From an uncultured virus (IMG/VR IMGVR_UViG_3300025723_000018) (taxonomy: Duplodnaviria; Heunggongvirae; Uroviricota; Caudoviricetes), in the IMG/VR virus record IMGVR_UViG_3300025723_000018: a DNA stretch of 64,000 nucleotides, one strand, 5' to 3'. Both the position numbers and the translations under genes were made by a program. Shown one piece after another: positions 22,701-31,349 of the stretch; position 1 is the stretch's first letter; each line of letters opens with the position of its first letter. The notes below the pieces were generated by a model. It was not told the origin of the DNA. It was given only the letters and a program-made list of their open reading frames with translations, and made no database searches.

Positions 22701-25700
22701 GAAACTCCAATTTATGCAAACTTAAACAATCATAATGCTCAAGCATATATTACTAACGTAGTAACAGATGCAGTTAACAACGTATTACGTATTGAGTACG
22801 AAAATGCTGGTAACGGTTACACAAACTATCTACCAGGTATTAGTGGATCAGGTTATAATGCCGCAGCAATTGGAGATGAATTTAGAGATTCCGCTGTATT
22901 TGAAACACGTTTAATTGATAACGGTGACGGTACAAGCACAAGCGTAGGCGGAACAAGTTATGTAGCAGCAACTAACACTGGACAAAACGGCGGTGTTGGT
23001 TACTTTACAATTGCCAACACCGACCAAGCATTAAGCACAGCGTATGTTGGTATGAGAATACAACTAACAGCTGGTACAGGTGTTGGTCAGTATGCTAATA
23101 TTTTAACTTATAGCAACGGAACTAAAACTGCTCAAATTTACAAAGATAGTTTTGCTACATTAACAATAACAGCAACAACACAAGGTACTCCTAGTACTGT
23201 TACAGTGGCAAGTACAGCAACATTATATACCAATATGCCATTCTATGTAGCAACTACAGTGGGCGGTTTGTCGGCAGGTACAGTTTACTATGTTCAATCA
23301 GTAGCAAGTACGACAACATTTACAGTAGCGTTGACAAGCGGTGGAGCAGCGTTAACTACCGCAATAACAACTACTACAAGCCAGTCAGTAGCATTGTATG
23401 CAGCAGGTTGGGATCATGTTGTTCCAGGAACACCTATTACTAATGCATTAGATTTAACAAGTACATATATTATTGAACCTCGTATTAACTATACTGGTCC
23501 AGGATTTGTTTCAAACGCTAGAACACTTCCATCAAGTACAACATGGCAAGCTGTTACATACGGTGCAGGTTATTTCTTAGCTGTGCCAAGTACTGGTACT
23601 GGTACCGCAACTAGCACTGATGGTAAAACATGGACAGCTGGCGGTTTATTACCAAGCAGTCAATCATGGGTAGATGCTGTTTACGGCGGCGGACAGCTAG
23701 CAACAGCAACAGCAGTTGTTGGCGGCTTAGGCGGAACTGGTGCAACATTTACAGCCACTTTAGGTACTGGTTTATTATCAGGACAAGTTGTAGGTATCAC
23801 AGTTGTTACTAGCGGTTTAGGTTATACTACACCTCCGACTATTGTAATCAGCGGAACAGGTTCTGGTTGCGTAGCTGTAGCTCAAGTATTGAACGGATCC
23901 GTAACTAATGTTACAGTTACAGTTCCAGGATCAAATTATACAGTTGCTCCTACTGTAACAGCGGTTACTAGTACTGTTACAAGTATCACAGCAAATACTT
24001 GGGGTAGAAATTATTTCTCAGTTCCAACAATTACAATAAGTGCTCCATTTACTGCAACATTATGGACAGCAAGCGGAATTGCTACTAGTGGTACGTATTA
24101 CTACTACAATAATGCTGGTGTTACTAACTATTATTTGGCAACTAGTAATGGTACATTTACCACTACAGGACCAACATTTACAAGTGGTTCAACAACTAAC
24201 GGTACTGTAAGTTTAACTTATTCAGGTACACTAGCAGTAGCTACAGCTACATTAAGCAATAATGGTGTAAATGCATTTACTATAACTAACGGTGGGTATG
24301 GTTATACAACAACTCCAACTGTAAGTATTACAGATACTGGAGCTAACTACGTTGTTATTTCTGGTGCAAGTAATAATACAGCATATCAACTTACAGGATC
24401 ATTGGGTTCAGCATGGACAGCAGGTCCATCAACTGGTAAGACAAACTTGTATTCTATTGCTTATGGTAATGGTATCTATATAGCAGTTGGTGGTGCAAGT
24501 GGAACACCTAGCGCAGTTTCAAGTACTAACCCAGGAAACGGTGGATCTTGGATTGACCGTTCAGGCGTAATTACTGGACTATCGAGTAATTATTATTCAG
24601 CTGTTGCTTATGGTAATGGTTATTTTGTGGCCGTACAATATGGCGGAACAGTAACTTCGACAACTACAAACGGTACAAGTTGGACTACTGGAGGTGTACT
24701 TCCAAGTTCAGCCAACTGGGTCAGCATTGCTTACGGTAATGGTCGTTTTGTAACTATTGCTACTGGTAGTAACAGTGTAGCATACAGTTATGATAAAGGC
24801 GTCACATGGATTGCTAGCCCAGCAGGATTGCCATCGAGTCAAAGTTGGACTAAAGTAACCTACGGCGAAGGTTTATTTGTTGCTATAGCCAGCGGTACAA
24901 CTGTATGTGCTACAAGCCCAGATGGTGTGACTTGGACAGTTCAGGCAATGCCAGGAAGCAGTAGTAACTGGAAAGGAATTGCATTTGGAAATACATCTTT
25001 AACAGCTGCAGGTCCAGTGCCAATTTATGCAGCGGTTTCGGCAACATCTGGAACTACAGCCGCAAGTATCCAAACAGGTGCTACACCTTTAGGAAGAATG
25101 AAAGTTACAGCAGGTGCTATTGCAGAAGTTAGAATGATAGAACCTGGTTCTGGATTCAGCAAAGGAGTTGTGACAGCAACTACTAGTTCTACTAACGTTA
25201 TAACAGTTGATAACACAATTCTATTGTCTAATAATCAACCGGTGATATTCACTGGAGCAAGTACCGGTGGATTAGCAGCTAATACATATTATTATGTAAT
25301 TGGATCAAGTATTACAGCTAGTAGTTTCCAAGTAGCAGCAACAAGTGGTAGTTCTACACCTGTTACATTATCAACTGCAACTGGCTTAACTGGTACTTTC
25401 AGAGCAAGTCCAATCGCAACAGTAACTGAACCAAACCACGTTAAGACAGCATCGTTAGCAGTACGCACAAATGATGGTGCAATAGCAAATCCAAGTTTCA
25501 GTAATAGAGGTACAGCTAATACATCGGCTACAGCTTCGGTTCAAGGTGACGGATATGCAGACTTGTATCAACCTAGTTCGTTTATCGCTGTATCTAATTT
25601 ATACTCATCACCGACAGCAGGTGCTAACGTAGTATTCAGTACTATTCCAAATACTTGGTATAAACTAGTAAGTGTAACTAACGTATTAGGTCTGGCAGGA

Positions 25701-26357
25701 AACTACACAGCTACATTCCAAATTAACCCAGCGTTAACTGTAGCTCTTGCTCCTCCGCATAATACATTGATTACAACCACACTAAAATATAGTCAGGTAC
25801 GTTTAACAGGACACGACTTCTTGTATATTGGTACTGGTAATCAAACTCAGACTAATTATCCAAACGTTAATCCGGCTACCGCTATCCAAGCTAATCAAAC
25901 TAATAGTTCGGGCGGTGGTCGTGTGTTCTTCACGAGTACCGACCAAGACGGTAACTTCAACGTGGGTAATTTGTTTGGAGTTCAGCAAGCAACTGGTACA
26001 GCTACATTGAACGCTAGTGCGTTTAACTTGTCAGGACTACAATCCTTACAATTAGGTAGTGTAGCAGTTGGTGTTGGAAGTGCTGTGATCACACAGTTTA
26101 GTACTGATCCGTACTTCACAGCTAATAGTGATAGCATTGTTCCAACACAAAAAGCTATCAAATCTTACATTACATCACAAATTGGTGGTGGTGCAAGTAG
26201 TTTGAACGTAAATACACTAACGGCTGGTATCATTTATATTGCTGGTAACACAATATCAACAACTAGCGGTGCAAGTATTAACGTTAAAGCAAAGATGAAT
26301 TTTACAGGTGGTATTGATGGTGCTCCGGTTGCACTAGCATATTTCAACCAAAAATAA
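16764..26357 (+). CDS. Giant tail fibre/spike-like protein, paralogue of 8965..16728
   Basis: 3197 aa; MAEFKLGRIKF start; same repeat types and conserved C-terminal domain. Confidence 0.75.
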   Translation: MAEFKLGRIKFVYQGNWASNTSYVVDDVVTVGGKTYICILSNTSSSNFSNDLNNITPYWQLMADGTLWRGTWANNTAYNIGDLAQYGGTIYLCNVAHTSVTSTLTLTATSFTVNAGTATLGYAAQPGTPFVPGQTITLSGFSPTTTTSPSNNINTTFTVLTCTTTQLTFALSGTYSNVTLGTVAGTGALESEINDWTVFGTNINWSNAWATSTRYKVNDLVYYGGYTYVCNTAHVSASTISSGLESNQSYWSTFNAGIFYQGAWTTGTRYKVNDIVTYGADVWICTTYHTSSGSTLDATKFTILVNGFQFVNSWSNATAYKAGDVVTYGGYSYTAIQNNTGQTPSTATTYWQVFTTGFVYQGAWSGSNSYLIGNVVSYGGYTYVAVADNANSSITITATTVSTDPTRPNQITTSSTSNLVANLPIIFSGTTFGNIVSSTTYYVSSVVDATHFTISATAGGPVFALTTATGSATGATQTQPPLSAYWGLLNSGVRWTNNSQTFTSVSGTNISSLGTGASFDVTVNKTIYTVIPHSGSAGSGYVTGDTIKILGTNVGGLSPVNDVTLTVTASGGAITSLVATGVAVTWSTGVTYVLGDVVLFGANNYICIQSHVATTGSRPDNDTTATYWNLFTAGSEPATLTTAGDMFYYGLNGPTRLPIGTNGQILRSTNGYPTWATYGIINNVVYVGPTGTDSPAPGYGLTIDSPWASIRYACQQVENGYLNPNATQLLAKNKQFFLKEVNNYVQYTYTVTVSAASTTVFTAGSTTSLYVGMPISFTGTVGGVTAGTTYYVQAIGSTTTFAISATFGGNALPLTAGSGSMTGTYVYSASKTERDAGIVIDGVIFDVSHGGTLNSTTAANAYFSNGSLISGVNSYDIIPFVASLTYLGTKLFPAILSNTAPSSNYQTLNSISSGNQAKQIIDSTLTAESGSTTLAGNLVAITYNALNAQTSTVIATAIVPDTTIYVKTGTYNEILPISIPRNTAIVGDELRSTVIQPAPAIPNLVNDKPKSILALNHTKALLSNLISNTTITPTTGNTQTQVTTLPAGDQGSQTAVNSVLTNAALIQDMISNGLPQAPAFVLPQPTGYNTSFLSTYGNGVTQIVNNYLFIKAEIAAYLNTNYNTIWTSTAFTTGGYQAETIRDVSFILDGLQYDLTYGGNVQSNINGSSYYSLGYSQVQTAYTQIFNAALTRLKTIIGQIVQGQSVSATSGNSVTQYTTAPYGNSTAASAAQGLIQNILNWIANGYGDTTVYPTVAIALASSQLQTSFNLLQARASEIAADAQAWVKKYYQSSNISTSLTNRDAGYIVQALSYDLVFGSNFNSIAAGRGFNRLNTSAQALLANTNNELSATLGAIQFIANKAKQYAAGGSAIQATATINDVISLINGQATTTLTTATTSTNVLTVSSTSGMYVGQPIQFTGLPANITTTATATTTSTNVITLGATASSLGIVAGQQIYFTGSVFGNIVQNQMYYVLSPSGSTIQVSLTYGGSAVALVTASGTMSVVVNNAGGLWNNNVYWINTIPGTTTLTITSSYASGTAYTITNTKTGMTASAVAGDSSNILTNGSVTYNDTLTTINGAEILRANKNFIAYEAAAYISASYGGGSGAVTTTASTGNLVTTSSAHNFVAGDPVVFSAVTVTTTATSSIASTDGSRPNQIVVGTTTGVVAGMPISFAGTNFGGINLSTTYYVKTVVDSTHITISATYNGTVLTLTTGTGSMTATIGGIFGGLTAGVEYYVLSAGLTPTSFAVTATQGSTTPVTLSPANGVATVNYYYNLTKCIRDTSEYINALIYDLNYPGNYKSLRAATLYNNAVSGSTTSNMFFARNGSGLRNCTMNGLTGTLTAANSYGTKRPTAGAYVSLDPGFGPNDTNVWINSRSHYSQNCTMFGTACTGAKIDSALHSGGNKSMVKNDFTTILSDGIGVWCTGSGSLTELVSVFNYYGYAGYLAELGGRIRATNGNSSYGTYGVIAEGTDTFETPIYANLNNHNAQAYITNVVTDAVNNVLRIEYENAGNGYTNYLPGISGSGYNAAAIGDEFRDSAVFETRLIDNGDGTSTSVGGTSYVAATNTGQNGGVGYFTIANTDQALSTAYVGMRIQLTAGTGVGQYANILTYSNGTKTAQIYKDSFATLTITATTQGTPSTVTVASTATLYTNMPFYVATTVGGLSAGTVYYVQSVASTTTFTVALTSGGAALTTAITTTTSQSVALYAAGWDHVVPGTPITNALDLTSTYIIEPRINYTGPGFVSNARTLPSSTTWQAVTYGAGYFLAVPSTGTGTATSTDGKTWTAGGLLPSSQSWVDAVYGGGQLATATAVVGGLGGTGATFTATLGTGLLSGQVVGITVVTSGLGYTTPPTIVISGTGSGCVAVAQVLNGSVTNVTVTVPGSNYTVAPTVTAVTSTVTSITANTWGRNYFSVPTITISAPFTATLWTASGIATSGTYYYYNNAGVTNYYLATSNGTFTTTGPTFTSGSTTNGTVSLTYSGTLAVATATLSNNGVNAFTITNGGYGYTTTPTVSITDTGANYVVISGASNNTAYQLTGSLGSAWTAGPSTGKTNLYSIAYGNGIYIAVGGASGTPSAVSSTNPGNGGSWIDRSGVITGLSSNYYSAVAYGNGYFVAVQYGGTVTSTTTNGTSWTTGGVLPSSANWVSIAYGNGRFVTIATGSNSVAYSYDKGVTWIASPAGLPSSQSWTKVTYGEGLFVAIASGTTVCATSPDGVTWTVQAMPGSSSNWKGIAFGNTSLTAAGPVPIYAAVSATSGTTAASIQTGATPLGRMKVTAGAIAEVRMIEPGSGFSKGVVTATTSSTNVITVDNTILLSNNQPVIFTGASTGGLAANTYYYVIGSSITASSFQVAATSGSSTPVTLSTATGLTGTFRASPIATVTEPNHVKTASLAVRTNDGAIANPSFSNRGTANTSATASVQGDGYADLYQPSSFIAVSNLYSSPTAGANVVFSTIPNTWYKLVSVTNVLGLAGNYTATFQINPALTVALAPPHNTLITTTLKYSQVRLTGHDFLYIGTGNQTQTNYPNVNPATAIQANQTNSSGGGRVFFTSTDQDGNFNVGNLFGVQQATGTATLNASAFNLSGLQSLQLGSVAVGVGSAVITQFSTDPYFTANSDSIVPTQKAIKSYITSQIGGGASSLNVNTLTAGIIYIAGNTISTTSGASINVKAKMNFTGGIDGAPVALAYFNQK

Positions 26358-26372
26358 TAAGGAAAATTAAAA

Positions 26373-26705
26373 ATGGCAACAGGTCGATTTACAACACCCC
26401 AGGCTTCGATACAGCTTGGAACAACAAATACTACATTGTACATAGTACCCGCTGGTTACTATAGTGTATTCAATGTTTCATTGACAAATACTGGTACAAC
26501 AGCGGTGACAATTCAATTAGCACTTTCGGCAACTAGTACACCAGGTACAAGTGACTGGATCGAATTTGGTACAACTATTGCTCCAAAAGGAGTTTTTGAG
26601 CGTACCGGTCTAGTAGCAAATGCTGGTTTATATGTAGTAGGCTTGTCTAGTACGGCTGCACAAGTTAACGCAACTGTGTACGGTATCGAAACTTCAACAT
26701 CATAA
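26373..26705 (+). CDS. Small virion adaptor-like protein (copy 3)
   Basis: 110 aa; LYIVPAG...VSLTN...ERTGLV...VYGIE. Confidence 0.55.
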   Translation: MATGRFTTPQASIQLGTTNTTLYIVPAGYYSVFNVSLTNTGTTAVTIQLALSATSTPGTSDWIEFGTTIAPKGVFERTGLVANAGLYVVGLSSTAAQVNATVYGIETSTS

Positions 26706-26725
26706 TAGTATAAGAGAGATAACAT

Positions 26726-27859
26726 ATGGGACGATATAATACGGTAATAGCGACGTCAACCGCTATCGCAGGCACATATACAATGCCAGCACCTTTTGCT
26801 GGTATTCAAGAACTTGGAGGTACAGCACCCTATACGGTTACAATGCCTAGCCCTGTGTTATTTCCAGGTACTACACAAACTTTTTACAATACAACAAGCG
26901 GCGTAGTAACATTGTCATTGAGCGGTGTAACTCCTGCAGGTAACATTATAGGACCAGCAACTAACAATACATCTGTTCAAACTTATGCTATGCCTACTGG
27001 TGCAATTTTTACAGTTTACTCAGATGGTGTAAATTGGTTAAGTATAAACAATGACAGCGGTGGTCCATTCTATGCTACTACAGGTAGTTTTAGTGGAGTG
27101 TTGACCGCTACTGGCGGCATTTCAGCTACTACAGGTGGCAACAATCAAACTTTTAGTACAACTGGTAGTGCTACAATCAGTTTAAGTTCGGGCGGTATTG
27201 GTAGTATTGCCAACATGACCATTGGTAGTAGTAGCCCTCAATCGGGTGCATTTACATCTTTAAGTGCCAGCAGTGCTGTAACACTAACTGGCGGTGGTGC
27301 TGCAACAGCTTATAATACATCGGGTGCAGCGTTATTAGTAACAGGTGGTGCTGGTATTAGCGGTGCTTTGTATACAAACAGTACAGCACAATTTGCCAAT
27401 ACATTAACTGTAACTTCAGGCGGAGCAAGTATTACAGGAAGTGTATCATTACCAACTTCTAGCGGTACTACACTTACTGTAAGTTCAACAGCCCAAGGTT
27501 CAAATGCCAGTACTGGTAACGCATTGCAAGTTGCAGGTGGTGTAGGTATTCAAGGAACATTATATACTGTAGGTTTAACAGAAACATCTAGTATAGCATT
27601 TAAAGAAAATGTTATGCCAATTGGTAATGTATTAGATCGAGTAATGAACCTAGTTGGTGTCACTTATGATCGTAAAGAAGGTCGTAAAAACGAAGCTGGT
27701 TTAATTGCTGAAGAAGTTTATAAAGTTATTCCAGAAATTGTTAGCACTGACAAAGAAGGCAAACCTTACGGTATTCAATATACAAAATTATCAGTATATT
27801 TGTTAGAAGCTATTAAATCATTGAAACAAGAAATCAATGAATTAAAGGGATCAAAGTAA
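26726..27859 (+). CDS. Tail fibre protein with C-terminal intramolecular chaperone (peptidase S74-like)
   Basis: TSSIAFKEN...GLIAEEV...Y.KL...LLEAIK.L coiled-coil end. Confidence 0.75.
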   Translation: MGRYNTVIATSTAIAGTYTMPAPFAGIQELGGTAPYTVTMPSPVLFPGTTQTFYNTTSGVVTLSLSGVTPAGNIIGPATNNTSVQTYAMPTGAIFTVYSDGVNWLSINNDSGGPFYATTGSFSGVLTATGGISATTGGNNQTFSTTGSATISLSSGGIGSIANMTIGSSSPQSGAFTSLSASSAVTLTGGGAATAYNTSGAALLVTGGAGISGALYTNSTAQFANTLTVTSGGASITGSVSLPTSSGTTLTVSSTAQGSNASTGNALQVAGGVGIQGTLYTVGLTETSSIAFKENVMPIGNVLDRVMNLVGVTYDRKEGRKNEAGLIAEEVYKVIPEIVSTDKEGKPYGIQYTKLSVYLLEAIKSLKQEINELKGSK

Positions 27860-27860
27860 C

Positions 27861-28892
27861 ATGGCAAATTTGCAAAGCACTACGGCTACCTCGTTAACAA
27901 TTAACAGTAACACAGTTTGGACCACAAATAATACAACTGGTCAAAACTCAGGTGTTAGTGCCGACTTGATTGGCGGTTATGACATAAGATATATTTCTTC
28001 GTGGAATAGTTTTAATAACGGTGTTTGGCAAAATATAAATAGTTTCAGTTTGGGCGGATCTACAAGTAACTGGTACCCTATGATTATCGATGGTGCTAGA
28101 AATGCTGACGGTACTAACGGTCTTGACATCAGACGTTTAAGTGTTCACCAAGATGGAAGTAGTTACGGTGCATTTTTTGGTACTATTCGTTATCGTGCAG
28201 GAACTACTAACTTCTGGGAAGTTACAGAAAACTGGGGTTCAGGAACTTACTATCCATTTTTAGCAAACGTACAATGTTCTACTACAGATACTAAGGTAGC
28301 TGTATGGTTGCGTGGCGGACTAAGTTATTACTATAGATTCCATAGTGCTGAATCTTTTACAGATAATAGTGCTACAGTTCCTAAGAGTTTTAGTGGCGGC
28401 ACTGTTACCAGTGTTGCTAGTAGTAGTATTCCTAGTTCAAGTCATTATTATCAACATAATATATGTAGTCAAGGTTACAACTTAGGACAAAGCGGTTATG
28501 GTTGGGGAACAGTATGGAGTGTTAACACAATCAGTACTAGTTCTGACCTTAGATTAAAAGAAAGTTTTGACGTTAGTTTTGGTTTAGAATTTGTTATGTT
28601 ACTAAAACCCAAGAGCTTTACTTGGAAAGCACATCCGCATTGGGATGAACCTGTAGTTAACAGCATTGATACAAGACGTCATCATGGATTTGTAGCTCAA
28701 GAAGTTAAAGAAGCAATGGATCAATTAGGCATAACAGAAGATGAATTTGGTGGGTTAGATACACGAAATCCAGATTTCTATTATGTTAGATATCAAGAAT
28801 TTGTTCCAATTTGCACACAAGCTATACAAGAACAACTAGCAGATCTAGCCGATGCTGAAGCACGAGTAGCAAGATTGGAGGCAATGGTATAA
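27861..28892 (+). CDS. Short tail spike/receptor-binding protein with S74 chaperone domain
   Basis: SSDLRLKE...GFVAQEV...YQEFVPI; paralogue of the next two genes. Confidence 0.8.
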   Translation: MANLQSTTATSLTINSNTVWTTNNTTGQNSGVSADLIGGYDIRYISSWNSFNNGVWQNINSFSLGGSTSNWYPMIIDGARNADGTNGLDIRRLSVHQDGSSYGAFFGTIRYRAGTTNFWEVTENWGSGTYYPFLANVQCSTTDTKVAVWLRGGLSYYYRFHSAESFTDNSATVPKSFSGGTVTSVASSSIPSSSHYYQHNICSQGYNLGQSGYGWGTVWSVNTISTSSDLRLKESFDVSFGLEFVMLLKPKSFTWKAHPHWDEPVVNSIDTRRHHGFVAQEVKEAMDQLGITEDEFGGLDTRNPDFYYVRYQEFVPICTQAIQEQLADLADAEARVARLEAMV

Positions 28893-29926
28893 TGGCATCA
28901 TTACAAAGTACAGCCGTAACAGGATCACTTACCGCAGGCGGATATGGTGTTTGGTATCATGGAAACGATGGCACTGGAACGGGTCTTAACGCAAACGATA
29001 TTTGGGGATATGACCTAAGATACTTAGACGCAAATCGTCGATTAACTTACGTAGATTTAACAAGTGGTAGTACTGGTACATTTTATCCTATGACATTTGC
29101 TTCGGCAGGTGTTGCTCCTGCTAACAATACAAATTCCAATCAATGGGGTTCTGGTGTTAGCGCACTACATATTCGTCGTACAAACGTTCACCAAGAAGGT
29201 GGAGGTTACGGTAGTTTATTTGGACGCTTGCGTTATCGTTCTTCACAGTGGGGACATCATCAGTCTTTCTGGGAACTAACGGAAAACTGGGGCAATGGAA
29301 GCTATTACCCTTTTATAGCGGGAGCAGCACTACAAGGCGAAACAAGTTATGCTTGTATTTTCCTTAGAGGAGGTTTAAGTTATTGGTATAGATTTGATAG
29401 TCCAGACCAATGGGAAAATTCTTCAGTGGCAACAACAAAGCCATTTCCTAACTACAATAATACAACACTAACTGTAAGTTCAGTGACTACATCTAGTATT
29501 CCAAGCAATGCTAGATACTATGCACAAGGTGTTAGTGTCAAAAGCGGATACAATTTTGGGGATTCAAACTTTAGATGGAACGTAGTATATGCAACAGCAA
29601 CTAATGCTAGCTCTGATGCAAGAATAAAAGAAAATATTGGAGTAGTATTAGGAACAGAATTTTTAAGTTTATTGAAACCTGTAAGTTATGTTCGAATAGG
29701 AGATGCTGATCAACGCAGAGCTCATGGGTTTGTAGCACAGGAAGTCAAAGAAGCTATGGATCAATTGGGTATTCCGCTGTTTGGCGGATATGATGATGCT
29801 AGTCCAGATAAGTTAGCATTGCGTTACAGTGAATTTATATCAACATTAATTAAAACTCTACAAGAAAAACGCGAAAGAGTTGTAGCTCTTACAGCTAAAA
29901 TTACAGCATTAGAGGGTAAGGCATAA
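28892..29926 (+). CDS. Short tail spike/receptor-binding protein with S74 chaperone domain
   Basis: SSDARIKE...GFVAQEV...YSEFI; TAATG coupling. Confidence 0.8.
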   Translation: MASLQSTAVTGSLTAGGYGVWYHGNDGTGTGLNANDIWGYDLRYLDANRRLTYVDLTSGSTGTFYPMTFASAGVAPANNTNSNQWGSGVSALHIRRTNVHQEGGGYGSLFGRLRYRSSQWGHHQSFWELTENWGNGSYYPFIAGAALQGETSYACIFLRGGLSYWYRFDSPDQWENSSVATTKPFPNYNNTTLTVSSVTTSSIPSNARYYAQGVSVKSGYNFGDSNFRWNVVYATATNASSDARIKENIGVVLGTEFLSLLKPVSYVRIGDADQRRAHGFVAQEVKEAMDQLGIPLFGGYDDASPDKLALRYSEFISTLIKTLQEKRERVVALTAKITALEGKA

Positions 29927-31026
29927 TGGCATCGTTAAAATCAACTAATATAGCAACCAGTGCAACTGTTGGCGGCGGGGCAGTTTGGCACACAGGTAAT
30001 CAAGGCAGTACAAGCGGAGCAGATACAGGTTTAAATGCTGGACAAATTTGGGGTTGGAATGACTACGAGTTTGACATTCCATCTAGGACCACTGCACTTA
30101 CATTAGGTGGCAACACTAGTAACTATTATCCAATTATATTTGCACAAAATGCATGGGATGCTGGAAGTTATGGAACGCCTCTTATTATGGATATCCGTCG
30201 TACAGATGCTGACCAAACAGCTGACGGTGCAGGCACCGGTACATTCTTCATGAAGTTGAAGTACAGAGCAACTAACTGGGGATTCCATCAGAATCACTGG
30301 GAAATTTTAGAAAACTATGCCAGCCCAACCGCAACACAATATCCATTTGTTGCTAACGTAGCACAACCTGGAACCAGTGCCTGGCTGGGCGTATGGATGA
30401 AAGGCGGTTTGCACTATCACTTTGCGTTTGGTACGCAAGCAGCTGTATTTGATAGTAACTGCACTACGTCACGAAACAAAGGTGTAGGTAACGGATCTGG
30501 CAGTTATTTAAACGGTGATAGTTTCTGTTGGGAAAACCCAACACTAACTGGTGGTGGTGTAGGTTATCAAACTACATTAAGTGTTCCTAGTTATGCTACC
30601 TACTTCCAACAAGATTTGTGTTCAAAAGGTTATGACTTAGGACAAAGTAGTTTCCGTGCAAGTAACGTATATGTAACTAGTACTAGCATAAGTTCTGACG
30701 AAAGAGTTAAAGACAATTTCGGTGTTACATTTGGAACAGAATTTATAGAATTATTAAAACCAGTTAGCTATACATTTAAAGGCGACTGGGACGATGGTAA
30801 ATTACACTATGGTCTACTAGCACAAGATGTTAAAGATGCTATGGATCAGTTAGGAATTACAGAAGACGAATTTGCTGGATACGATGGAAGAAATCCTGAT
30901 ATGTTAAGCCTGTTGTATGATGAATTCATTCCTATTATTGTAAAAACCATCCAAGAAGAAGAAAATATTATGACAAATTTAAAAACAAGAATATCAGCAT
31001 TGGAGGCAAAACATGGCGGTGTATAA
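29926..31026 (+). CDS. Short tail spike/receptor-binding protein with S74 chaperone domain
   Basis: SSDERVKD...GLLAQDV...YDEFIP; TAATG coupling. Confidence 0.8.
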   Translation: MASLKSTNIATSATVGGGAVWHTGNQGSTSGADTGLNAGQIWGWNDYEFDIPSRTTALTLGGNTSNYYPIIFAQNAWDAGSYGTPLIMDIRRTDADQTADGAGTGTFFMKLKYRATNWGFHQNHWEILENYASPTATQYPFVANVAQPGTSAWLGVWMKGGLHYHFAFGTQAAVFDSNCTTSRNKGVGNGSGSYLNGDSFCWENPTLTGGGVGYQTTLSVPSYATYFQQDLCSKGYDLGQSSFRASNVYVTSTSISSDERVKDNFGVTFGTEFIELLKPVSYTFKGDWDDGKLHYGLLAQDVKDAMDQLGITEDEFAGYDGRNPDMLSLLYDEFIPIIVKTIQEEENIMTNLKTRISALEAKHGGV

Positions 31027-31309
31027 TCTTATAAAATCTGCAGATTCAAGCAGTGTTACTATTTTAAATAACGGTATTGAAGTAAGTCTCTACACAGATG
31101 TTTTTGATACTGGCACAGATATTCATGGCTGGGGCGGCTGGAAAGGCTCTCCTGATCAAATCGCATTTGCATTATGCTATGATTATACTAAAGATTTAGA
31201 AAAATCCAAAGCAGCTTATCCTACCTTAGCTCAACTCATAATCAACGCGGCACCTTTTGAATTAAACATAAGTACTGGGTCTATAGATTTTGCACTTAGC
31301 CAGATTTAA
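31013..31309 (+). CDS. Hypothetical protein (possibly DUF6166-like)
   Basis: 98 aa; GWGGWKGSPDQIAFAL resembles my recollection of the WG..GSGP.QLA.AL motif; SD GGAGG. Confidence 0.45.
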   Translation: MAVYNLIKSADSSSVTILNNGIEVSLYTDVFDTGTDIHGWGGWKGSPDQIAFALCYDYTKDLEKSKAAYPTLAQLIINAAPFELNISTGSIDFALSQI

Positions 31310-31314
31310 TCCCG

Positions 31315-31336
31315 TTAAGTGCTATCTAGCACTTAA
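31315..31336. promoter_or_regulatory. Perfect 9-bp inverted repeat (terminator, processing site or operator) at the fibre/enzyme-island boundary
   Basis: TTAAGTGCT-ATCT-AGCACTTAA. Confidence 0.55.
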
Positions 31337-31349
31337 TTGAGGATTTTTT

